From Phycisphaerae bacterium (GTDB taxonomy: Bacteria > Planctomycetota > Phycisphaerae > Phycisphaerales > UBA1924), in assembly GCA_030429485.1 (NCBI GenBank), contig JAUIFD010000002.1, positions 130 to 64,129 of the forward strand: 64,000 nt of DNA. The letters are read 5' to 3'. The notes beneath the pieces are model-generated. The model saw nothing but the letters and a program-made list of their open reading frames with translations, made no database searches and was not told where the DNA came from. This document shows positions 39,635-48,703 of this stretch, in pieces. The position numbers and the translations under genes were made by a program. Each line of letters begins with the position of its first letter. The first letter of the stretch is position 1.

Positions 39635-40336
39635 ATGCGTACCCAAATGCTCGCGATGTTCGTCTGCGCCGGTGCCGCCCTCGGGCAGACCGGCTTGCCC
39701 GACCAGTGGTCGCCGTGGCTCGAAGCCGACACGGGCCAGCCGGCCACGCAGTTCAACGTGAGCTACACCGGGTTCGTTTGGCAGCAGGAGTTCACGGTCT
39801 CCCGCCCGGGCGTGCTCACGGCCTTGCAGGTCGGCACCTTCGGCAACGAGGGCGAGGACTTCACGCTCGCCATCCGGCGCGGCGCCGCTCCCTCAGCCGG
39901 CGCCGAGTTGTTCGCCGCCACGATCACGCGAACAACACAGATCAGTCTCGAGATGCACACGGTCGATCTCACCGGCGCCGCCATCGCGGCGGCAGCGGGC
40001 GAGGCCTTTGTGCTCGAAGCTCGGGGCAATGGCGTGGCGCCCACGAGCGTCATCGAGATCCTCGGCTCCACCGACGACCCACCGCTCTACCCGCGCCCCC
40101 TCTACTACAACGGCAGCCCCTTCCAGGATCAGAACCTGCGCATCGGGTTCAAGCTCTACATCGATCCCGACTGCGACGCTGATCTGACCGGCGAGGGTGA
40201 CGTGAACACCAACGACTTCTTCGCCTTCCTCGCGCTCTACCAGGCCCAGGACGTGCGAGCGGACTTTGCACCCGACGGTTCGGTCAACACCAACGACTTC
40301 TTCGCGTTCCTGGCGGCCTACCAGGGCGGGTGCTAG
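39635..40336 (+). CDS. secreted protein, unknown passenger plus GC-terminated dockerin-like module (tandem paralog 1)
   Basis: ATG 39635 is preceded by GGGGAGGAGG. Signal peptide MRTQMLAMFVCAGAALGQTG. C-terminus CDADLTGEGDVNTNDFFAFLALYQAQDVRADFAPDGSVNTNDFFAFLAAYQGGC-stop. The track ORF start 39182 is an extension antisense to glnS. Confidence 0.8.
   Translation: MRTQMLAMFVCAGAALGQTGLPDQWSPWLEADTGQPATQFNVSYTGFVWQQEFTVSRPGVLTALQVGTFGNEGEDFTLAIRRGAAPSAGAELFAATITRTTQISLEMHTVDLTGAAIAAAAGEAFVLEARGNGVAPTSVIEILGSTDDPPLYPRPLYYNGSPFQDQNLRIGFKLYIDPDCDADLTGEGDVNTNDFFAFLALYQAQDVRADFAPDGSVNTNDFFAFLAAYQGGC
40172..40336 (+). repeat. dockerin-like module coding repeat, copy 6 of 7
   Basis: See 16457..16621. 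Confidence 0.85.
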
Positions 40337-40345
40337 GAGGCGCGC

Positions 40346-41050
40346 ATGCAACGCATCGTCCCCGTCGTGTGCCTGTGCGCGGGTTCGGCTCTGGCCCAGA
40401 CCGGGCTGCCCGATCAGTTCAGCCCATGGCTCGAAGGCGACATCGGCGCGACACCGACGCAGTTCCAGGTCGGCGCCATGGGGCTGACGTGGCAGCAGGA
40501 GTTCACGGTGTCGCGCCCGGGCACGCTCACGTCGCTGCTCGTGGGCACGCAGGGCAACGCGGGTGAAGACTTCGCGCTGACCATCCGCGCGGGGAGCGCA
40601 CCCTCTTCGGGTGCTGCGCTCTTCTCGCAAGAGGTCACGCGCACGCTGATCGTGCCGCTCGAGGTCGAGACGCACGTCATCGATCTCGCGCCCAGCGCGA
40701 TCCACGCCGAGGCGGGGGACACCTTCGTGCTCGAAGCTCGCGGCGACGGCGCGACGCCCGGATTCGCGATCCTCATCGTCGGCAGCACGATGGATCCACC
40801 TCTGTATCCGCACCCGCTCTTCCTCAACGCCTCGCCAGGCGTGGACGGCGCGCGCATCGGATTCAAGCTCTACATCGACCCCGACTGTGACGCCGACCTG
40901 ACCGGCGAGGGCGACGTGAACACCAACGACTTCTTCGCCTTCCTCGCGCTCTACCAGGCGCAGGACGTGCGGGCCGACTTCGCACCCGACGGGTCGATCA
41001 ACACGAACGACTTCTTCGCGTATCTGGCGGCGTATCAGGCGGGGTGCTGA
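40346..41050 (+). CDS. secreted protein, unknown passenger plus GC-terminated dockerin-like module (tandem paralog 2)
   Basis: Collinear with 39635..40336 over the whole length (GLPDQ.SPWLE, WQQEFTVSRPG.LT, FVLEARG.G, DPPLYP.PL, RIGFKLYIDPDCDADL). It starts 9 nt after paralog 1. Confidence 0.8.
   Translation: MQRIVPVVCLCAGSALAQTGLPDQFSPWLEGDIGATPTQFQVGAMGLTWQQEFTVSRPGTLTSLLVGTQGNAGEDFALTIRAGSAPSSGAALFSQEVTRTLIVPLEVETHVIDLAPSAIHAEAGDTFVLEARGDGATPGFAILIVGSTMDPPLYPHPLFLNASPGVDGARIGFKLYIDPDCDADLTGEGDVNTNDFFAFLALYQAQDVRADFAPDGSINTNDFFAYLAAYQAGC
40886..41050 (+). repeat. dockerin-like module coding repeat, copy 7 of 7
   Basis: See 16457..16621. Confidence 0.85.
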
Positions 41051-41105
41051 AGCCTTGTCGCCCCATTGACCTGAGCCGTGCCACTGACCTGCTCTGAGGT
41101 CAGCG

Positions 41106-42776
41106 CTACTCGTTGGCAAGCGTTGCGCACCGATCAATCCTCGCCACCGCGCGCTTGTATCCCAGCAGGGCGAGCGTTTCGCCGAGCCCTGGAGAGACGC
41201 CCGCGCCCGTGACCGCGACGCGGAGCGGCTGGGCGACCTGCCCCATGCCGACGCCGCGGGTCTCCGCGAAGGCGGCGCACGCCGCGTCGAGGGCTTCGGG
41301 CGACCAGTCGTCGAGTTCGCCCAGCATCGTGCGCAACTCGCCGAGCAGCGCGAGCCCGGCGCCGTCGTTCTTGAGGAGCGACTTCTGCACCGCCTTCTCG
41401 TCGTACTCGATCGCGTCATCCGCGAGCAAGGTGAAGGCGATCGGCTCGCGCAGCTGGCGCAGCGTCTTGGCGCGCGGCTGGGCCATCTTCGCCGCCAGCT
41501 CGAATCGTTCGCCAAGCTGCGCCGGGAGCGCCTCGTCGTACCGTGCACACCACTCGCGCCACCGTGCGGCAAGCGCCTCGACGCCCAGCTCGCGCATCGT
41601 GTCAAAGTTGAACGCGAGCAGCTTCTCGCGGTCAAACTTCGCAGCCGTCTTCCCGATCTGATCGAGATCAAACCGCTCGACAAACTCCGCAATCGTAAAC
41701 CGCTCGACGTCCGAGCCCTTCTGCCAACCCAGCAGCGCGATGTAGTTGCACACCACTTCCGGCAGATACCCCGCAGCACGGAAGTCCTCGACGTTGATCT
41801 CGGGCAGGTCCACATTGAACGCCCGCGCGAGCCCGTCGAGCGCATCGGTGGGAAGCTGTGCCGTCTTGTCGCCGAGCCAGGCTTCGAGCGACGCTTCGTC
41901 GGCCGTGATCGCGCCGCGTCCCGGGTGCTCCATCGCCTTCGCCACGCCGCCGAGGTCACGCACGACCGCCTTCAGCGCCTTGTCCTTGTCTCGCTTGCTC
42001 ATCTTCGACCCGTCCGGGTTGAAGATCAGCGGCATGTGCGCATACGCCGGCGTGCGGAAGGGCGTGCCGTCGTCGCGCTTGAGCGCACGCTGCAACGCGA
42101 CATGGCGCGGCGTGTTGTTCAGGTGTTCCTGCCCACGCAGCACGTGCGTGACGCCCATCAGTTCGTCATCGACCACCACCGCGAGGTGGTAGGTCGGAAA
42201 GCCGTCCGCCTTGCGGATCACGAAGTCGTCGAGTTCGTCAGCAGAGGTCGTGACCTCCCCAAGCACGACATCGTGCACGGTGATCGCCTCGGGCGGCATG
42301 CGGAAGCGCACGACGTGCTGCTCGCGCTGCATGCGCTCCATCGCGGCTGCGCGGTCGTAGCCCGGCGCGCGCACATAGCGGAAGGTCCGCTTCGCGGCCT
42401 TCGCCTCGGCCCGCATCGCGTCGAGTTCCTCACTCGTGTCGAACGCGGGGTACGCCAGGTCGGCATCCACGAGCTGCGCGATGAACCGGTCGTAGATCTC
42501 CAGACGTTGCGACTGGTAGAACGGCCCGCCCGTGTCGGTCTGCTCGTTCGGGGCGTCCGGGCCGCGGTCCCAGTCGATGGCGAGCCAGCGCAGGTCTTCG
42601 AGGATGCCGCGGGTCGCGTCGTCGGAGGATCGCTTCTGATCGGTGTCCTCGATGCGGAGGACGAAGCCGCCGCCCCGACCCCGGGCAAAGGCCCAGGAAA
42701 AGAGCGCGGTCCGTGCGCCTCCGATGTGGAGGTGCCCGGTCGGAGAGGGTGCGAATCGGGTCACGGGGGTTTGCAC
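41106..42776 (-). CDS. gltX: glutamyl-tRNA synthetase
   Basis: VTRFAPSPTGHLHIGGARTALFSWAFARG..GGFVLRIEDTDQKRS (HIGH) and GSKMSKRD (KMSKS). The start is probably GTG 42776 or 42764. The track ORF to 43940 is an upstream extension antisense to the amidohydrolase gene. Confidence 0.9.
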   Translation of the reverse strand: MQTPVTRFAPSPTGHLHIGGARTALFSWAFARGRGGGFVLRIEDTDQKRSSDDATRGILEDLRWLAIDWDRGPDAPNEQTDTGGPFYQSQRLEIYDRFIAQLVDADLAYPAFDTSEELDAMRAEAKAAKRTFRYVRAPGYDRAAAMERMQREQHVVRFRMPPEAITVHDVVLGEVTTSADELDDFVIRKADGFPTYHLAVVVDDELMGVTHVLRGQEHLNNTPRHVALQRALKRDDGTPFRTPAYAHMPLIFNPDGSKMSKRDKDKALKAVVRDLGGVAKAMEHPGRGAITADEASLEAWLGDKTAQLPTDALDGLARAFNVDLPEINVEDFRAAGYLPEVVCNYIALLGWQKGSDVERFTIAEFVERFDLDQIGKTAAKFDREKLLAFNFDTMRELGVEALAARWREWCARYDEALPAQLGERFELAAKMAQPRAKTLRQLREPIAFTLLADDAIEYDEKAVQKSLLKNDGAGLALLGELRTMLGELDDWSPEALDAACAAFAETRGVGMGQVAQPLRVAVTGAGVSPGLGETLALLGYKRAVARIDRCATLANE

Positions 42777-42899
42777 GGGGGCAATGTAGGCGACGGCGGA
42801 GGGGCGAAGTCGACAGGCGCTCACGCGGTCGTTGCGCCTTACGCGGACCGTCGCGCGTTTTCTGCCCGCACCGGCCCGCGCTGTCCGTAAGCTCTCCCC

Positions 42900-45800
42900 A
42901 TGCACCTTCCCACCAGCGTTCACGCCCTCGCGAGGCGGGCCGCCCGCCTTGCGTCTGTCGCCCTTGTCGCGACCGCGTCCGCGCAGTCCACGTCCGACTC
43001 GCCGCTCGACCCTCCGCCCAACGGGATGCGCCGGATCGAGCCGGCGCTGCACGTGCTCCAGGGCGCGACGGTCCATCAGCGCCCGGGCGAGGTCATCCCC
43101 GACGCGACGGTGGTCATCAATCGCGGTCGGATCGTGGCGGTCGGGCCGTCGGCGGGAGTGCGCACGCCTGCGGGCGCGCGCGTGTGGGATTGCAAGGGGC
43201 TCCACATCTACGCGGGGTTCATCGATGCGCACATCCCCGTCGATGCCCCCGCCCCCGGTGGTGGTGATACGGGTGCACACTGGAACCCGCTCATCACGCC
43301 GCAGCGCTCCGCGCTCGCCGGCCCCGGGCTTTCGAACGACGCCAAGGGCAAGCTCAACAAGCTCGGATTCACGTCGGGCGCCCTCGCGCCCGAGGGGGGC
43401 ATCTTCGCCGGTCGCGCTGCGGTGGTCTCGCTCGCACCGACGCCGGGCGATGAGAGCATGGCGCAGCCCGAGGTCTACCGCGACGGTGCATACCAGGCGG
43501 CGGCGTTCGATACCGCCGGGCGCGGCGGGGGGTATCCGAACAGCCAGATGGGCTCGATCGCGCTGATGCGCCAGACGCTCAGCGACGCCGACTGGGTCGC
43601 CTCGAACGGGCACGCCGACGACGAAGTGCCCGAGTGCCTCGATGCGCTCGTCGCCACGCGCGGTGTGGATGCACCGATCATCGCGTTCCGCACGCGCGAC
43701 GAGCTCGAGGCCCTCCGGGCGGTCAAGGTCGCCCACGAGTTTGATCGCCAGGCGATGCTCGTGGGTTCGGGCACGGAGTTTCGCCGTTTGGACGCGCTGG
43801 CCGAGGCGGGGCTCCCGATCATCCTGCCGCTGACCTATCCCGAGACGCCCGACGTCTCGACGGTCGGCAAGGCCGACTCGGTGGACCTCCGCGACCTGCT
43901 TACCTGGGAGCAGGCCCCGACCAACGCGCGGCGTCTGCACGACGCGGGCCTGTCGGTGGCGCTGACCGCCTCCGGGCTGCGCCGCGGCGAGGCGTTCGAC
44001 AAGAACCTGAAGAAGGCGATAGAAACCGGCGGGCTTGAGGCAGACGCCGCGCTCGCCATGCTCACGACCAACCCCGCGAACGCCCTGGGCGTGAGCGATC
44101 AGCTCGGCGCGGTCGCCCGCGGCAAGCGAGCCAACCTCATCGTCGCGACGGGTGATCTCTTCGACGACGAGGCGAACGAGGATAAGAAGCCCGCGAAGAT
44201 CCGCGACCTCTGGATCGACGGGCTGCGTTACGAAATCAACCCCGCCGATCCGCCAGAGCTCGACGGCGATTGGTTACTCACGGTCGGCGAGTTCTTCTCG
44301 ATGCAGCTCTACTTCGACGAGGGCACGCTGCACTTTGGCGATCACGATCACAAGGGCAAGGCGCGCAAGCTCGAGGTCACACGCGACGGGCGGATCACCT
44401 TCGTCGTCGATGATCCCGAGGAAGAGGGCGGCGACGCCTATCTCATGTCCGGCACGCTGCATGACGACGGCGAGAGCATGAGCGGCACGGGGCTCAACCC
44501 CGAGGGCAAAGCCTTTGGGTGGACCGCCAAGCGCACCGGCGACCCGCGATCGAGCGAGCTTCGCGGCGAGTGGGAAGCCACCCTCGCCGGACGATTCGAA
44601 CTCGAACTCGACGTGAAGCGCAAGGGGCTCGAATGGTCGGTCACGGTGATGGAAGAAACCACCGACGACGACGGCAACGAGAAGACCATCAAGCAGAACG
44701 CGGAGGATGTCGAGGTCGAAGGCCTCACGCTCTCGTTCCAGTTCGAGCACGAACCCTTCGGCATGGCGGGCGTCTTCAAGCTCTCCGCCACGCTGCAGGA
44801 TGACGGCACGCTCAGCGGCACGGGCGAACGCCCGGACGGCCAGGCGTTCGATTGGACCGCTACGAAAGACGACGCGGACGACGAAGAAGACGCCGATGGT
44901 GACGACGGCGACGACCAGGATGCCGACGACAACGAGAAAGAAGACGAGGACGACGAGCAGGACAAGCTCCCGCCCGAGGACCTGCCGGGCTTGCCCTTCG
45001 GCGCGTACTCGATGGCGGAACTTCCCGACCAGGAGACGATCATCTTCCAGAACGCCACGATCTGGACCTGCGGCCCGGCCGGCGTGATCGATCGCGGATG
45101 GGTCATGATCCACGACGGCAGAGTCGTCGCGGTCGGCGAAGGAGCGCCCGAGTATTCAGGTCCGGCCAAGCCGCGTTACATCGAAGCGGAAGGGCTCCAC
45201 ATCACGCCCGGGCTGATCGATGCGCACTCCCACACCGGCATCTCGCGCGGCATCAACGAGAGCGGGCAGGCCGTGACGGCTGAGGTCCGCATCGCCGACG
45301 TCACCGACCCGGACGCCATCAACTGGTATCGCCAGCTCGCTGGCGGGCTCACGGTCGTGAACAACCTCCACGGCTCGGCCAACCCCATCGGCGGGCAGAG
45401 CCAGACCAACAAGATCCGCTGGGGCGTCACCCGACCCGACGACATGCACATGGAAGGCGCCAAGCGCGGCATCAAGTTTGCTTTGGGCGAAAACGTCAAG
45501 CAGTCGAACTGGGGCTCGGACTTCACGACCCGCTATCCACAGACGCGCATGGGCGTCGAGACGACCTTCCGCGATCGCTTCAACGCAGCTGATGAATACG
45601 CCTCCGACCCGAACCACCGCCGCGACCTCGAGCTCGAAGCCCTCGCGGAGATCCTCGCGGGCGAGCGCCTCATCCACTGCCATTCGTACCGTCAGGACGA
45701 GATCCTGATGCTCTGCAAGGTTGCGCACGATTACGGCTTCAAGATCGGCACCTTCCAGCACGGGCTCGAGGTCTACAAGGTCGCCGAGCACGTGCGCGAC

Positions 45801-46472
45801 GCCGCGATCGGCGCGTCGATCTTCTCCGACTGGTGGGCGTACAAGTTCGAGGTCTACGACGCGATCGCCTACGCCGGCCCGCTCCAGACGCAGGTCGGTG
45901 TGCTCACGAGCTACAACTCGGATTCCGACGAGCTCGCGCGGCGCATGAATGTCGAGGCAGCGAAGGCTGTGAAGTATTCGGGCGGCGCGATCTCGGAAGA
46001 AGAGGCCCTCAAGTTTGTCACGATCAACCCCGCGACCCAGCTCGGCATCGCCGATCGGGTTGGCTCGATCGAAGTCGGCAAAGACGCGGACCTCGCGGTC
46101 TGGTCGGGCTCGCCACTCTCCAGCTTCTCTCGGTGCGAGCACACGTTTGTCGACGGGCGTGAATACTTCTCGCTCGAGCGCGACGCGGGGCTCCGCGAAC
46201 AGAACGCTGCGCACCGCAAGCGCGTCGTGCAGCGGATTCTCGCGGAAGGCAAGCCCAAGGGCGGGAGTGACCCTGGTGGGAATGGGCGACCGAGCCGACC
46301 CGGCGACGCAACCAACTCGCTCGCGTCCGGACGCCTCCCGCTCGTCGAGCGCATGCGTCTCGAAGCCACGCGCGATCACTACTACAACCTGATGCTCCAG
46401 GGCATCGACCCCGAAGTGCACCAGTGCGGCGACTGCGGCGTCACCGATCTTCAGTATGGAGCCGGCCGATGA
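42900..46472 (+). CDS. large secreted two-lobed amidohydrolase-superfamily protein with an internal duplicated beta-domain and a polyacidic linker
   Basis: Signal-like N-terminus ...ASVALVATASAQS. The first lobe has YAGFIDAHIPVD (second His of HxH missing). The second lobe has TPGLIDAHSHTGISRG (intact HxH). The C-terminal region GSIEVGKDADLAVWSG is typical of amidohydrolases. Confidence 0.8.
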   Translation: MHLPTSVHALARRAARLASVALVATASAQSTSDSPLDPPPNGMRRIEPALHVLQGATVHQRPGEVIPDATVVINRGRIVAVGPSAGVRTPAGARVWDCKGLHIYAGFIDAHIPVDAPAPGGGDTGAHWNPLITPQRSALAGPGLSNDAKGKLNKLGFTSGALAPEGGIFAGRAAVVSLAPTPGDESMAQPEVYRDGAYQAAAFDTAGRGGGYPNSQMGSIALMRQTLSDADWVASNGHADDEVPECLDALVATRGVDAPIIAFRTRDELEALRAVKVAHEFDRQAMLVGSGTEFRRLDALAEAGLPIILPLTYPETPDVSTVGKADSVDLRDLLTWEQAPTNARRLHDAGLSVALTASGLRRGEAFDKNLKKAIETGGLEADAALAMLTTNPANALGVSDQLGAVARGKRANLIVATGDLFDDEANEDKKPAKIRDLWIDGLRYEINPADPPELDGDWLLTVGEFFSMQLYFDEGTLHFGDHDHKGKARKLEVTRDGRITFVVDDPEEEGGDAYLMSGTLHDDGESMSGTGLNPEGKAFGWTAKRTGDPRSSELRGEWEATLAGRFELELDVKRKGLEWSVTVMEETTDDDGNEKTIKQNAEDVEVEGLTLSFQFEHEPFGMAGVFKLSATLQDDGTLSGTGERPDGQAFDWTATKDDADDEEDADGDDGDDQDADDNEKEDEDDEQDKLPPEDLPGLPFGAYSMAELPDQETIIFQNATIWTCGPAGVIDRGWVMIHDGRVVAVGEGAPEYSGPAKPRYIEAEGLHITPGLIDAHSHTGISRGINESGQAVTAEVRIADVTDPDAINWYRQLAGGLTVVNNLHGSANPIGGQSQTNKIRWGVTRPDDMHMEGAKRGIKFALGENVKQSNWGSDFTTRYPQTRMGVETTFRDRFNAADEYASDPNHRRDLELEALAEILAGERLIHCHSYRQDEILMLCKVAHDYGFKIGTFQHGLEVYKVAEHVRDAAIGASIFSDWWAYKFEVYDAIAYAGPLQTQVGVLTSYNSDSDELARRMNVEAAKAVKYSGGAISEEEALKFVTINPATQLGIADRVGSIEVGKDADLAVWSGSPLSSFSRCEHTFVDGREYFSLERDAGLREQNAAHRKRVVQRILAEGKPKGGSDPGGNGRPSRPGDATNSLASGRLPLVERMRLEATRDHYYNLMLQGIDPEVHQCGDCGVTDLQYGAGR

Positions 46473-47821
46473 ACAAGCTCACTCGCTCATTGCTCGCGAT
46501 CGTGCTCGCTGCGGGCTCTTCACTCGCCCAAGACCTTCGCCCCTCAGCGGCGCCGCAGACCACGCCCGTGCTCATCGAGCACGCGACGATCCACACGATC
46601 TCCGGTGAGGTCATGGAAGACGCATCGCTCGCCTTCGAAGGCGGTCGAATCTCGGCGATCGCGCCCGCGGGCATCTCGCTCGCGTTCGCGAACCCGCCCG
46701 AGGTGATCGATGCGACCGGGTTGCACGTGTATCCCGGGCTCATCGCGCCTTCGACGCAGCTCGGGCTGATCGAGATCAGCGCCGTGCGCGCGACCGACGA
46801 CCAGTCCGAAGTGGGGGATATGACCCCCGAAGTCGCCGCGGTCACCGCGGTGAACCCGGATTCGACGATCATCCCCGTGACGCGCGCCAACGGCATCCTC
46901 ACCGCGGGCGTCATGCCGCGCGCCCAGCTCCGCCTCGGCGGGCCCTCGGGGCTCATCCCCGGGCACGCGTCGGTGATCCGTCTCGACGGGTGGACCAACG
47001 ACGACCTTGCGGTGCGCTCGCGCGCAGGCCTGGTGATCAACTACCCCATGCCCCGGCCCGTGCGCGCGTGGTGGATGAGCGAAGACGATTCTGCGCAGAC
47101 ACGCGGCATCGATGCCGCGGTGAGCATGCTCGACGAGTTCTTTAACCGCGCGACCACCTATGCCGCGCAGCACGACGACGCGACGACCACCGACCTGCGC
47201 TACGAGGGCGCCCTCGCCTGCCTGCCCGATGCCGAGGAGCAACTCCCGGTGTTCATCCAGGCGAACGACTACGACCAGATCGTCGCCGCGCTCGGGTTTG
47301 CCGAGCGGCACGGGCTGCGTCCGGTGATCGTCGGCGGGCGCGATGCGCACATGTGCATCGATCAGCTCAAGGCGCTGGACGCTTCGGTGATCCTCATCAC
47401 GCCGTACCGCACGCCCAAGCGCGACGATTCGCCATACGACCTCAACTACGCGAGCTCCGTGGCGCTCGAGCAGGCCGGCATCCTCTGGACGCTCGATACC
47501 GGTGACGACACCGCGCACGAGCGCAATCTCCCTTATGCCGCCGCGATCGCCGTCGCCCACGGCCTCTCGCCCGACGCCGCGCTGCGCGCCCTCACCCTCT
47601 CCGCCGCCGAGATCCTCGGCGTGGCCGACGATCTGGGCTCGATCGAGTCGGGGAAGGCCGCAACGCTCATCATCACCGATGGTCACCCGCTCGAAGTCAC
47701 GACCACCATCCACCACGCCTTCATCGACGGGCGCGAGATCGACCTCGGCTCCAAGCAGACCGATCTCCGCGACAAGTACGAAGAGAAGTACCGCCAGCTC
47801 GGCGACCTGCCGCGGAAGTAG
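46469..47821 (+). CDS. amidohydrolase-fold protein lacking the HxH metal motif (probable non-catalytic partner)
   Basis: ATG 46469 overlaps the upstream stop (ATGA). Signal peptide MNKLTRSLLAIVLAAGSSLAQ. YPGLIAPSTQLGLIEI sits where xDxHxH is expected. The C-terminal GSIESGKAATLIITDG resembles the amidohydrolase C-terminal strand. Confidence 0.75.
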   Translation: MNKLTRSLLAIVLAAGSSLAQDLRPSAAPQTTPVLIEHATIHTISGEVMEDASLAFEGGRISAIAPAGISLAFANPPEVIDATGLHVYPGLIAPSTQLGLIEISAVRATDDQSEVGDMTPEVAAVTAVNPDSTIIPVTRANGILTAGVMPRAQLRLGGPSGLIPGHASVIRLDGWTNDDLAVRSRAGLVINYPMPRPVRAWWMSEDDSAQTRGIDAAVSMLDEFFNRATTYAAQHDDATTTDLRYEGALACLPDAEEQLPVFIQANDYDQIVAALGFAERHGLRPVIVGGRDAHMCIDQLKALDASVILITPYRTPKRDDSPYDLNYASSVALEQAGILWTLDTGDDTAHERNLPYAAAIAVAHGLSPDAALRALTLSAAEILGVADDLGSIESGKAATLIITDGHPLEVTTTIHHAFIDGREIDLGSKQTDLRDKYEEKYRQLGDLPRK

Positions 47822-47853
47822 CTGATCGGCGAGGGCGAGCCTCGCTGGCGCCG

Positions 47854-48426
47854 CTACTGCTCCACGATCAGATCATCGCGCAGCAGGATCGCCTCGCCCT
47901 CGCGCCCGACCGTCGTGAATACGGCCCGCACCACCAGGCGATCAAGCCCGCTGCTCTCCGTGCCGCGCACGCGCGCCTCCGCGCGGTCGATCATCGGCTC
48001 CACCCACCCGGGCAGCCCCACGAGCTGCACGCGATACGCCCGCGCGACCGGATCGAACAGCGCCACATTCACATCCTCGGATCGCAGGTCGATGTCCCAC
48101 ACCGACTCCCGCACCAGCGAGCCGTCCCGCATCGGGCGGTAAAGCTGCATCTGGAGCGAGCCCAGCGCCTTGATCGAATCGCCCCATCGGTCCTTCACCT
48201 CGACGTAGGCGATGAGTCGGCCTCGCCCGTCCTCGTCGCGTTGGAGGTGTGTGAGCGGGTAGAGCCGCACCGTCGCTGGCGCGAACACGAGCGCCGAGTC
48301 GCGCGTCAGCCCCTCGTCATCGAGCGCCCGAAGCGTCATCGATGCGCCTTCCGGCGGGGGCGGTGCGCTCGTACACCCCGCCAGACTCGCGGCCACCCCC
48401 GTTGCCAGCATCGCTCGCCGTCGCAT
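47854..48426 (-). CDS. hypothetical lipoprotein
   Basis: MRRRAMLATGVAASLAGCTSAPPP carries the lipobox LAGC. It is the last gene of the minus-strand block. Confidence 0.6.
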   Translation of the reverse strand: MRRRAMLATGVAASLAGCTSAPPPPEGASMTLRALDDEGLTRDSALVFAPATVRLYPLTHLQRDEDGRGRLIAYVEVKDRWGDSIKALGSLQMQLYRPMRDGSLVRESVWDIDLRSEDVNVALFDPVARAYRVQLVGLPGWVEPMIDRAEARVRGTESSGLDRLVVRAVFTTVGREGEAILLRDDLIVEQ

Positions 48427-48436
48427 CGGCGGGAGC

Positions 48437-48703
48437 TTACTCCATCCGATCCCGTCCCGAGTCGCGGATCAGGCCGATCAGCTCCCGCTGCGCCGCTTCG
48501 AGTGCGGTCATCGCGCGGGTGTTGGCCCGGACCGTGTCGATCACCGCGTTGATCTCGATCCGATCGCTCATGAGGCGGCCGTGCGCCTCCGAGATCTCCC
48601 GCTCGCGGCCGGCGGCCGCCCGACGTTCCGCGAGCCACATCCACGCCACGAGCCCCGCGACTCCGAACTGCGTCAGCGCCGCCAGCGCCTCGACCTCGAT
48701 CAC
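48437..48703 (-). CDS. small N-terminally anchored coiled-coil protein
   Basis: GTG 48703 overlaps the upstream stop (GTGA). VIEVEALAALTQFGVAGLVAWMWLAERR (TM helix) is followed by a helical region ...EISEAHGRLMSDRIEINAVIDTVRANTRAMTALEAAQRELIGLI. The track start 48799 would overlap the upstream gene by 100 nt. Confidence 0.5.
   Translation of the reverse strand: MIEVEALAALTQFGVAGLVAWMWLAERRAAAGREREISEAHGRLMSDRIEINAVIDTVRANTRAMTALEAAQRELIGLIRDSGRDRME

Noticed and set aside
41084-41103. Hairpin ctgacct-gctctg-aggtcag between the convergent dockerin-tail gene and gltX, a possible bidirectional terminator
   Set aside because: The stem is only 7 bp and no U-tract lies on either strand. This is too weak to call as a feature.
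42777-43940. N-terminal 390-codon extension of the gltX ORF (track 41106..43940), and similar extensions of rplU (to 18072), the dockerin-tail gene at 39182, the PAP2 gene (to 11050), TerC (to 56045) and the capsid gene (to 51994)
   Set aside because: The extensions overlap convincingly coding genes on the other strand, are Arg/Pro-rich, and lie upstream of conserved N-termini that have their own start codons and Shine-Dalgarno-like sequences.
44866-44965. GAC/GAA/GAT-rich tract that looks like a tandem repeat or microsatellite
   Set aside because: It is in frame inside the large amidohydrolase gene and encodes a polyacidic linker (DDADDEEDADGDDGDDQDADDNEKEDEDDEQD). It has no regular nucleotide period and no spacer-repeat structure, so it is neither a CRISPR array nor a VNTR.
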